Source of the DNA: an uncultured Myxococcales bacterium
GTDB taxonomy: Bacteria; Myxococcota_A; Bradymonadia; UBA7976; UBA1532
Direction: 5' to 3'
Length of the DNA stretch: 50,365 bases
Assembly (NCBI GenBank): GCA_937902595.1
Contig: CALELH010000464.1
Location: forward strand, 1-50,365
Below, one piece after another: positions 28,580-36,723 of this stretch. The notes below the pieces were generated by a model that worked only from the letters and a program-made list of their open reading frames with translations, searched no databases and was not told the origin of the DNA. The position numbers and the translations under genes are program-made. Position 1 is the stretch's first letter. The number at the start of each line of letters is the position of its first letter.

Positions 28580-29971
28580 TCAAGCGCTGTGAGCCCGACT
28601 CCGAATAAAGAGCGCCAGCATGATGAACACGATGAATGATTGCGTGTAATCAGTGCCTAAGGAAGCGCAGCCTTGGTCGCTATGGGCAGGAGACAGTCGG
28701 CTCCCGCCATCCGTGGACACTCCAGCGTCGGGGGGCTCTGAGCCATCGGTGGATGGAGACCCAATGTCTAAGGGTAGGTCTGAATCGGTGTTCATCGCGC
28801 CCATGTCAGTTACGGGTCCTGACTGTTCGTCTGGCTGTAGACACTCCATCGGCAATGACTCGACGCGTGGCTGACCACACGATGCGGGCTCCTGGTCTCC
28901 CGGGCAAAGTCCGCGACAACAGGTGGTTGCCCGCGCGACAGGTCCACAATCCCAACGCTCTTGGGCATCTTCGAAGCGGGGCAAGTCCGGTGTCCACGAC
29001 CGCCCAAAGTCGGCGCTAAATCCACTCACCCATGGGCCTCCTCGATAGGGGTCAGCGCACCCACGTAAGAGACCACCGGGCCCGTATCTTAGACAGCCTA
29101 ATGTCGGAGGAACCCGATCAGAGGGGGCCCAGGTCTCACCAGCGTCGACGCTCCGCCAAGCCAGGCCTGTCGTCCCAAAAGAAAGCGCCTCTATGCCGCC
29201 GGCGTCATAGATGACATCGACCGCAGGCTCCGGAACTAAGAACACGTCCAACCATGTCTGCCCAAAATCTGTGCTCTTCAATATTCGAGTGCGATCACCA
29301 GCGCTGATCGACAATATCATTTCAGACGGAGTCCTCGGTGACAGCGCGACCCCAATCACCAGCTCTCCTGGCACCTCCTGTCCGCCTACACGGATCGGTA
29401 TCCTCTGAAAGCTGCGTCCACTGTCGGCGCTCCGCAAGAGCCCCCTCGTGGTTTCAAGAATAACCACATCAGGATCAGCGCCTGATGCCGTTAGATGCGT
29501 CGGGCGACCGCTCAAAACAGCTTCGGAGCGTGTCCATTGAGCGCCCTGATCATCAGACCAATATACAAAGTTCTCATCACCCACCGTCGCGCTCGCCGTG
29601 AGCCATGTGCCGTCCTCTGCGACCAGCAACCCGACGAGAGGGCCCTGAGGTATGCCCATACCTAACCGATGAAAACCACAGCCCATGTCATCTGATTGGA
29701 ACAGACCCGAGGTCGTCGCCACGACCCAACGAGAGCCAGCCTCTCCCAGAACCAAGAGCCCGCGCAGACCAGCTGAGGGGGCGATGGCGTCTTCACACAA
29801 CCACCGATATCCATCCTTTAGGTCTGAAAACACGCCTTGGTTGTCTGTCAAAATCCAGGTCGTGCCAGGGTGTGATGGAAAAAACTCGAGGCGCACGGGC
29901 CGAGGCGACCCCCCATGGGCATGGGCGACGGGGGCAAGACACAGCAGCATAAGGACGGTTAGAAGACGCAT
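28580..29971 (-). CDS. secreted BNR/Asp-box beta-propeller protein with a Cys-rich region and a C-terminal sorting-signal-like tail
   Basis: Signal peptide MRLLTVLMLLCLAPVAHA. Five Asp-box-like repeats are present (SDDQGAQW, SADSGRSF, STDFGQTW, SVDAGETW, SADFGRSW). The C-terminus is DQGCASLG...FIVFIMLALFIRSRAHSA, that is a Cys motif, a hydrophobic helix and a basic tail. Confidence 0.75.
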   Translation of the reverse strand: MRLLTVLMLLCLAPVAHAHGGSPRPVRLEFFPSHPGTTWILTDNQGVFSDLKDGYRWLCEDAIAPSAGLRGLLVLGEAGSRWVVATTSGLFQSDDMGCGFHRLGMGIPQGPLVGLLVAEDGTWLTASATVGDENFVYWSDDQGAQWTRSEAVLSGRPTHLTASGADPDVVILETTRGLLRSADSGRSFQRIPIRVGGQEVPGELVIGVALSPRTPSEMILSISAGDRTRILKSTDFGQTWLDVFLVPEPAVDVIYDAGGIEALSFGTTGLAWRSVDAGETWAPSDRVPPTLGCLRYGPGGLLRGCADPYRGGPWVSGFSADFGRSWTPDLPRFEDAQERWDCGPVARATTCCRGLCPGDQEPASCGQPRVESLPMECLQPDEQSGPVTDMGAMNTDSDLPLDIGSPSTDGSEPPDAGVSTDGGSRLSPAHSDQGCASLGTDYTQSFIVFIMLALFIRSRAHSA

Positions 29972-30233
29972 GGGCTGCGAGTATCCCAGAGGTTCCCGGT
30001 TAGAGGACAGATCTAATATCCGTATCCATCATTCATAGATGACTGTACCCGGAGAAATATTCGGGACGGTCAGGATGTTATGGCGGTTGGGATATGGGCT
30101 GCACAGGAGGGTCTACAGTGGGCGAAGGAACCAACCAGGAGCTTCACTGTCTCAGGTCAGGTGAGAGAAACGATGGCGTCATCGCCCGATGAATTGGGCA
30201 TATCGTTCAACGAGAGGTAGCCTAGAGTCGTGA

Positions 30234-31556
30234 ATGCGTAGAGACCGAACTACGCCTGGTCGAGGAATGATGAGCGGACAAGAACAAAACTCCCTATCGC
30301 GCGCGCGGAGAACACTTCTGCTCGCGCGCGCGCTATGGCCAATTACCTGGCCTGGGCTACTGCTCGTGCTGGTCGCTGCCGCTGGGATGAAGTTCTGGTG
30401 GCGTGGACAGCAGGATTTCGTCGTTCAAGGCGCCGTCCTCGTTAGCTTCCTCGTGGTGGTTGTCGGCCTCTTCTTTGTAATCCTTGGCGCCCTCTATCTA
30501 CACCGCAGTTTGCGAACACTCTCGCATCCCCTGCACTGCCAATTAGAGACAGGTGAGCTGCATCCAACAGGCTTCCGTGTCCCTCGTCTTAAGTGGTGGC
30601 CTTTCCTCCAGGTTCGCATTCATTGGGAAACACCCGAGAACGCAGAGGTCATCGTGAGCAAGGATGGTGGCTGGTGGTCCGAGTCGGTCCGCCTTACGGA
30701 GCGCGGTCGTTACCAATCGATCCTCCGAAGAATCACCGTACGTGACATCTTTGGCTTGTTCTCCATAGACGTCGTCAAGGAGAGCCCTGCCTCCTTGTAT
30801 GTCCTCCCCGCTCTTAGCCAGGTTGGCGCTGCCCCAGATCTGCGACTCACGGAAGGCGACGGCTCGAGCCATCCTGAAGGTCAACCTGTCGGTGACTACG
30901 TTGAGATGCGTAGGTACGCGCCGGGAGATCCCCTTAGGCTCGTTATCTGGAAGGCATACGCACGCTCCCGAAAGATGCTCGTTCGCATGCCCGAGCGCGC
31001 GATCACCGCCATGCCCAGCACCGCCGCATTCTTTGTCGCGGGTCAGGACGATGAAAACTCAGCCTCGGTGGCCCGGACAATGCTGGAGTCCGGAATCTTG
31101 GGCGGAGAGGTTCTCTTTGGAGCCGATGGAACGCCTGAGATCGCCCACGATACGGAAGGAGCCATCGAGTCAATCGTCGACTCCATCAATCATCGAGCGA
31201 TCGGGGGCCAGGATTTCAGTCGCTTCATCCGACAGGTGGACAGCGCTCAGTTGGGTCGTTGCGTCATCTTCGTCCCCGGCCGAAGTGGTCCCTGGTTAGC
31301 CAGTATTATCGACAACTTTTCCGAGCTCCCCGCGCCGCCACTCCTTGTCGTCGCCGTAGATGGAGACCTAAACCTCGAGAAGAAGCACTGGTCTACCCGG
31401 CTCTTCGAGGGGGCGAGCGATGAGATCGATCTCCCCGATCTGATGGCCTATCACGCCAAACTCGAAGCCTCGGGTGCACAGGTCCAGTTGATACACAGAG
31501 GCGATGGACGAACCCTCGGTCCCAGTGAGCTCCTCGCGTTCGGGGCGGCTTCATGA
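30234..31556 (+). CDS. DUF58 domain-containing protein
   Basis: Two N-terminal TM helices plus the DUF58 core VGDYVEMRRYAPGDPLRLVIWKAYARSRKMLVR. Its stop overlaps the next start as ATGA (31553-31556). Confidence 0.8.
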   Translation: MRRDRTTPGRGMMSGQEQNSLSRARRTLLLARALWPITWPGLLLVLVAAAGMKFWWRGQQDFVVQGAVLVSFLVVVVGLFFVILGALYLHRSLRTLSHPLHCQLETGELHPTGFRVPRLKWWPFLQVRIHWETPENAEVIVSKDGGWWSESVRLTERGRYQSILRRITVRDIFGLFSIDVVKESPASLYVLPALSQVGAAPDLRLTEGDGSSHPEGQPVGDYVEMRRYAPGDPLRLVIWKAYARSRKMLVRMPERAITAMPSTAAFFVAGQDDENSASVARTMLESGILGGEVLFGADGTPEIAHDTEGAIESIVDSINHRAIGGQDFSRFIRQVDSAQLGRCVIFVPGRSGPWLASIIDNFSELPAPPLLVVAVDGDLNLEKKHWSTRLFEGASDEIDLPDLMAYHAKLEASGAQVQLIHRGDGRTLGPSELLAFGAAS

Positions 31557-33688
31557 CTCAACCCGAGCTTAAAGAGACCCCAGGCGTGTCTCTCATGAAG
31601 GTTGTTCTGCTCGTGTACGGGACCGTCATGCTCACCTGGCCCCTTACAAACGCGACGACGCTGACCGTGACAGGACTCAGCGCGCTGCTCGCTGGGCTCG
31701 CGGCGAGACCCGCTCATACCCACGGACTTAAGCTCTCTGCGACGATCTCCATCAGCGCCCTCGTGCTCGCGGCAGGCATACTACTCTCTACGTGGACACG
31801 GACGTCAGTGGCTACATGGGGTTGGCTCGACGCTCACACAACCCTCCTCGTGAGTGATTGTATCGCCTTTGGCCTAGGAACCGCCGCCGCCATCTTCTTT
31901 CTGAGAGTGTCCGCTCATCGACGCCACATCTGGACCATCGTCGAAGCCGCCTTCGTGGTGAGCGCCGTCGCTCACGTCTTCTCGAGGCATAGAAATCTAT
32001 CTTTTCACCGCCCCCGGTTTCTAACCGACTGGGCACTCGTAAACGACATTGATCCTCAGGTCGTCCTCCAGGCCGTTGGGATCATGGCGGCCTTGCTCGC
32101 CATAATGATGGCTCTGCGTTCCCAACGCGGTTCAAAGCTCATCATCACGATGATCGCGCTCTTACTGATCGGTATTGGGGTCTATCACGTCGGTGAGAAC
32201 CTCCGCATCGAGACCCCTATCGCTGACTTCTTAGCGGGTGAGGGCGAGGGCGAGAGTAAATCCGATGATAACGAAGGCAACGAGGGCGAGGGCGAGGGTC
32301 AGTCAGGGGGCTCCGGGCAACGACCAAGTGGAGATCCGCCTCTCCCCGTAGCCGTCGCCCTCCTACATGGTGACTACGACCCGGAGCACGGCCTGCTTTA
32401 TTTCCGCCAGCAGGTGCTCAGCCACTACAACGGCACTCGATTGACCGCTGATAGAACGGGTCGGTTCGATGCTGATGTTATTCAGACCTTCCCGAACAGG
32501 GATGTCGTCACGGCCAGCCCCACTCAGATCGATTCGTATCACCTACGCGTCCCAACCTCGATGTTTCTCATGGTCGACCATCCCCAGCCCTTCTCCTTGG
32601 GATCATCCATCGAGGTACGACCGAGAGCGAACCCGAACCCAAGGCGCTTCGTAACAGCCTACGACGCGATCTCGCTGGTTCCGTCAACACCGGTTCACCG
32701 GCTCACAGGGCGAGCGTCCGTACCTGACGATTGGCCCGCGGAGAAGAAGGCGCACTATCTAAATTATCCGGATGATCCAAGATATGCGGCGCTGGCCGAG
32801 GAGATCGTCCGTGGCATAGACCTGCGGTATGCGGGTGATCCATTAGTGACCGCGCTGACTATCAAGCGATTCCTGGAGTCCGAGGGTTTCTACACTCGCA
32901 AGGAGCGACATGCAGGTAAGGATGACCCGGCTGGGTCCTTCCTATTTGGTAGTCTACGTGGATATTGCGTTCACTTCGCTCATGCTGCGGCGCACCTATT
33001 TCGCTCTCAGGGGATCGCCGCTCGTGTGGCCGTCGGATACGCCGTCGATACGAGGATGAGAGGCGGCGGCTCAGCCGTCTTAATCATGGGGGATCGTGCT
33101 CACGCGTGGCCGGAGATTCACCTCGCTGGAGTAGGTTGGATCCCCTTCGATATCTATCCAGAGCAATCCGATGAACCGCCGCCACAGCTCGTCTCTCAAA
33201 GCCTTGAGAGCCTATTGGGTGAGGTCGCTAGAGACGATAGCTCCGGCGGACGTAAAGCAGATCCTGACTCAAGGGCGTTCATCATTCCTTGGTTTTTTAT
33301 TGGCCGTTGGACCCTGCTGATCGTCCTAGGGATCCTCGCACTGGCCTACCTAATTAAGATCTGGCGCATCTTGACGCCCTCTATTCGACCCAATGAACAT
33401 TTGAAGGCGTTTATCGCCATTCTGGATCGATTTTCAGATCTCGGACATGCTCGAAGATACGGGGAGACTCGCGAGCGGTATGCCCAACGTCTGCAGGTCC
33501 TCGCTCCAAGTTTTGGCCTCTTGACTGAGACCCATTTGCGTCTCAGTCTCGGTGCTGAGAGCGAGGAAGATTTGCTGGCTGTTTCTGACCTGTGTCAGGT
33601 CGTCCGGGAAGAACTCAACGCCACGGTTCCGTTATGGTTACGGGCTGTAGGCTGGATTAACCCTTGTGGATGGTGGTTCACGCGATGA
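31553..33688 (+). CDS. TgpA-like membrane transglutaminase
   Basis: A multi-TM N-terminal domain is followed by an acidic EG-rich linker. The transglutaminase core has Cys in RGYCVHFAHAAAHLF, His in HAWPEIH and Asp in GWIPFD. A late TM helix and C-terminal domain follow. Confidence 0.85.
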   Translation: MTQPELKETPGVSLMKVVLLVYGTVMLTWPLTNATTLTVTGLSALLAGLAARPAHTHGLKLSATISISALVLAAGILLSTWTRTSVATWGWLDAHTTLLVSDCIAFGLGTAAAIFFLRVSAHRRHIWTIVEAAFVVSAVAHVFSRHRNLSFHRPRFLTDWALVNDIDPQVVLQAVGIMAALLAIMMALRSQRGSKLIITMIALLLIGIGVYHVGENLRIETPIADFLAGEGEGESKSDDNEGNEGEGEGQSGGSGQRPSGDPPLPVAVALLHGDYDPEHGLLYFRQQVLSHYNGTRLTADRTGRFDADVIQTFPNRDVVTASPTQIDSYHLRVPTSMFLMVDHPQPFSLGSSIEVRPRANPNPRRFVTAYDAISLVPSTPVHRLTGRASVPDDWPAEKKAHYLNYPDDPRYAALAEEIVRGIDLRYAGDPLVTALTIKRFLESEGFYTRKERHAGKDDPAGSFLFGSLRGYCVHFAHAAAHLFRSQGIAARVAVGYAVDTRMRGGGSAVLIMGDRAHAWPEIHLAGVGWIPFDIYPEQSDEPPPQLVSQSLESLLGEVARDDSSGGRKADPDSRAFIIPWFFIGRWTLLIVLGILALAYLIKIWRILTPSIRPNEHLKAFIAILDRFSDLGHARRYGETRERYAQRLQVLAPSFGLLTETHLRLSLGAESEEDLLAVSDLCQVVREELNATVPLWLRAVGWINPCGWWFTR
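32237..32302 (+). repeat. two blocks of GAGGGC (Glu-Gly) hexanucleotide repeats in the TgpA linker
   Basis: ggtgagggcgagggcgagagt (32237-32257) and aacgagggcgagggcgagggtcag (32279-32302) encode GEGEGES...NEGEGEGQ. The repeat unit is in frame. Confidence 0.7.
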
Positions 33689-34746
33689 ACGAACGAAGCG
33701 GACTAAGTATGGATATGAAGAATATCTTAGGTGGAGATAATCCAACCTCGCGCACCCATGGACCCCGAATCCAGACCCTGAGCGACGCTCGGGGTGTGGT
33801 GGAGAAGATGCGCGCTCGGGTGCGGTACGACATCATGGGACGGGACGACGTCATCGAGCTTGTTCTCGTCGCCCTCTTCGGAGGTGGTCACGTCCTATTG
33901 GAAGACTACCCAGGTTCGGGAAAGACGACCCTAGCGAAGGGGTTGGGAGAGTCGATCTTGAGCGACCAGCCACGTGACGGGTTGGCAGAGTTTCGACGAC
34001 TGCAGTTTACGCCGGATCTACTCCCATCAGACATCACCGGTGTGATGATCTTTGATCCAAAGACCAACAAGTTTCATTTCAGACGAGGGCCTATCTTCGC
34101 CTACGTCGTGTTGGTCGATGAGATTAACCGGACGTCACCCAAAGTACAGGCCGCGCTCCTCGAATGTATGGCCGAAGGACAGGTGACCGTCGACAACGTG
34201 AGCTACAGTCTTGATGACCTCTTTTTCGTAATCGCCACGCAAAACCCAATGGATTCTATCGGAACCTATCCGCTCCCACTCGCACAGCTCGACCGCTTCC
34301 TCTTCAAGATTAAGATGGATCACGTCAGTCGAGACGCAGAGCTGCAGGTCCTTGAGCAATGGGGCAAACCCCATGAGCGTCCGAGCCTCCCCCGAGTGTT
34401 CCGAGGAGATGTCGTTGAGGCGCGCGCTGTGCTGCGACAGCAGGTCGCGGTGTCAACGAAGATTCATGAATGCCTGGTCGACATCGCGCGAAAAATTCGA
34501 GAAGACCCGAGAACCGCTCAGGGCGTCTCGACGCGGTCACTCGTCCAGGCGGTCCCAGCCCTTCAATCGCTCGCGTTGATGCGAGGCAGAGATTTTGTGT
34601 CTGCAGAAGATGTAGAGCATCTCAGCGTCCCTATCTTCCAGCACAGAATCGCCATGGTCCCTGGAGCAGGAGACGCCACGGCGGTCGTAGAGGATGCACG
34701 AAAGCAACCTCTGGAGACCCTGACTCGCTCTACTCTTAGTCGGTAA
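33685..34746 (+). CDS. MoxR-family AAA+ ATPase
   Basis: Walker A is LLEDYPGSGKTTLAKGL, Walker B is VLVDEINRTSPKVQAALLECMAEGQVTVD, followed by FFVIATQNP. The ATG at 33685 overlaps the TgpA stop as ATGA. Confidence 0.9.
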   Translation: MNERSGLSMDMKNILGGDNPTSRTHGPRIQTLSDARGVVEKMRARVRYDIMGRDDVIELVLVALFGGGHVLLEDYPGSGKTTLAKGLGESILSDQPRDGLAEFRRLQFTPDLLPSDITGVMIFDPKTNKFHFRRGPIFAYVVLVDEINRTSPKVQAALLECMAEGQVTVDNVSYSLDDLFFVIATQNPMDSIGTYPLPLAQLDRFLFKIKMDHVSRDAELQVLEQWGKPHERPSLPRVFRGDVVEARAVLRQQVAVSTKIHECLVDIARKIREDPRTAQGVSTRSLVQAVPALQSLALMRGRDFVSAEDVEHLSVPIFQHRIAMVPGAGDATAVVEDARKQPLETLTRSTLSR

Positions 34747-34758
34747 ATCGAGTACGCT

Positions 34759-36723
34759 GTGCGCCTGATTATCTACGGATTGATACTGAGCCTCTTGAGC
34801 AGCACCGCGTGGGCGGACCAGCTGGCTGCGACAGATGAAGAGCGTCGAGCGCTCATCAAGCTCGACCAAGGCAAATATAAAGACGCGCGACGACTGGCAG
34901 AAGCGAGTCTAAAGACGAAGAAGACCATGATCGCCCAGTTCGTCATGGGAGTCGTACACTCTGAGTATGAAGGTAATTTGGCTCGAGGGTTGTTCTATAT
35001 CAGGCAAGCAGGCGGCGCCCTGCTCGAGGAATATGGCACTCCGCCGGAGGGGATACACCCTAAGCGATGGCATCGCCGACTTCTGATGCGTGAACAGGCC
35101 GTCTTGGGCATGATGGACCATCGTGAAAAACAGCTCGAGGCGTTGGACAGATATGACAGGCTATATCGACCGAAGCAGACCGCTCGTCGCATCTGGCCCC
35201 TGCTCAAGCTTGGGCGTTTTGATGAAGCTCGAGACCTTGGCAAATCTCTGATTCATCATGAGCGACCCGAGATCCGTGAGCGCGCGTACAATGGACTCAT
35301 GGCTGTCGAAGAGGAGTCAGGGCATCGAGAGGCGAGCTATAAATGGGGACAGCTCGGGCTCGTAGAGACCCGCGGTGAGTCGTGCGTGATCGCGACAAAT
35401 CTCGCCTTGGGTGCTCGACGTACCTTTAGATTCTCCAAGACCATCGAACATGACCAGACCGCGCTGAAGGCTCGAGACCATAGCTGCCCAACATCACCTC
35501 ACGCCCAGCTGGCCGCGATGTATCTCGTCTTTGGAGAATTCCAAAAGTGCCTCTCGTCACTCAAGGCCCTCAGAAGGGCGCCGAGGGACGGCGATATGAA
35601 GGTTCAAAATGAGATGGTTATCAAAGCCCGCTTCGTCGAGCTTCTCTACGCTTTAGGGGCATTTGAAGAGGCCGCTGTTCGAGCGGAACAGATCATCGAA
35701 GAACCTGACAGAGCCGGGATGGTAAGCGCGTCGGCCGAGACCGTAGAGATGACGAATAATGTGCTCGCGTGGAGCGTCTTTGATGCTCAACATGAGATGC
35801 TCAATGAGATGATCTCGGCCAGAAGCCTATTGGGCAGTATTTCCCTTCGGATCAAGCAGCAAAAGATTAAGGCGATGCAGTGGCGAGCGCGTAGAGAGAG
35901 CATACGACTCGGCGCCATGCCCGAGCTGGTCACTAAGACCGTGCGACCCTATTACACCGATGTGATGCCCTGGTACGGAGGAAACTTGATCTCCATTTTT
36001 GGAGACGGTGTGCTCTCAAAAGCGATGACTGAAGCGCGCGCCTTGGAGAGCGAGTACACCAAGGATGTAGATCTAATCTTTGGTGCATATCGAGGTGAGG
36101 CCTCGTGGAGAAATGGAGACGATGACGAAGCCATCTCCGCCGGCGAAATGTTGCTTGAGCGACTACCAAAGGATGTACGACTCCTGCGGATGCGGGTTCA
36201 AGCCTGGCTCGCCGACGCCTTGCGACGAGCGGGGAAGCTCAGTGAGTCCACTCAGCATTTTCATGAAGTCATGGACTTCTATCCAACGGTCCTTAGGCAT
36301 CTACGAGTTAAGCTCCCAGTCACCTTTATCGCGAAAGACCAGAGCGCAGAGCAGGTGGTCGATCGCCTGAGGTCATCGCCGCGGCTCATCGAGACAAGTG
36401 ACACTCCATTCAAGGTTCGGGTCGAGGCAACTGGAGGCAGAATCACGATCTGCCTTGAGGGGCAAAAGCGATTCGGGTGCGGGCGATATGTGAAAGAGTC
36501 GGAGCGAGGACCTTCAGAGACCGACGAGGCCGAAGTCAGCGCAGACCCATCCACCATCGCCATCGATAACTTCCACAACGAGGTCTTCGCGCCACGGCTG
36601 GACCTCTCGCAGAGCGACATCAACAGCCTGGATGGCCGCGCGGTCAGAGGAGACGCTAAAGGCGCCATAGACGCGCTCTTGGGTCGAGGTCGACGCGACA
36701 AGAAGAAAAAGAGGACACCGTGA
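34759..36723 (+). CDS. secreted TPR-like helical-repeat protein
   Basis: GTG start at 34759 and signal peptide MRLIIYGLILSLLSSTAWA. Recurrent G-(K/R)-(Y/F)-x-(D/E)-A-like helix-pair motifs are present (QGKYKDARRLAEASL, LGRFDEARDLGKSLI, LGAFEEAAVRAEQII). The tail is basic (KKKKRTP). Confidence 0.6.
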   Translation: MRLIIYGLILSLLSSTAWADQLAATDEERRALIKLDQGKYKDARRLAEASLKTKKTMIAQFVMGVVHSEYEGNLARGLFYIRQAGGALLEEYGTPPEGIHPKRWHRRLLMREQAVLGMMDHREKQLEALDRYDRLYRPKQTARRIWPLLKLGRFDEARDLGKSLIHHERPEIRERAYNGLMAVEEESGHREASYKWGQLGLVETRGESCVIATNLALGARRTFRFSKTIEHDQTALKARDHSCPTSPHAQLAAMYLVFGEFQKCLSSLKALRRAPRDGDMKVQNEMVIKARFVELLYALGAFEEAAVRAEQIIEEPDRAGMVSASAETVEMTNNVLAWSVFDAQHEMLNEMISARSLLGSISLRIKQQKIKAMQWRARRESIRLGAMPELVTKTVRPYYTDVMPWYGGNLISIFGDGVLSKAMTEARALESEYTKDVDLIFGAYRGEASWRNGDDDEAISAGEMLLERLPKDVRLLRMRVQAWLADALRRAGKLSESTQHFHEVMDFYPTVLRHLRVKLPVTFIAKDQSAEQVVDRLRSSPRLIETSDTPFKVRVEATGGRITICLEGQKRFGCGRYVKESERGPSETDEAEVSADPSTIAIDNFHNEVFAPRLDLSQSDINSLDGRAVRGDAKGAIDALLGRGRRDKKKKRTP

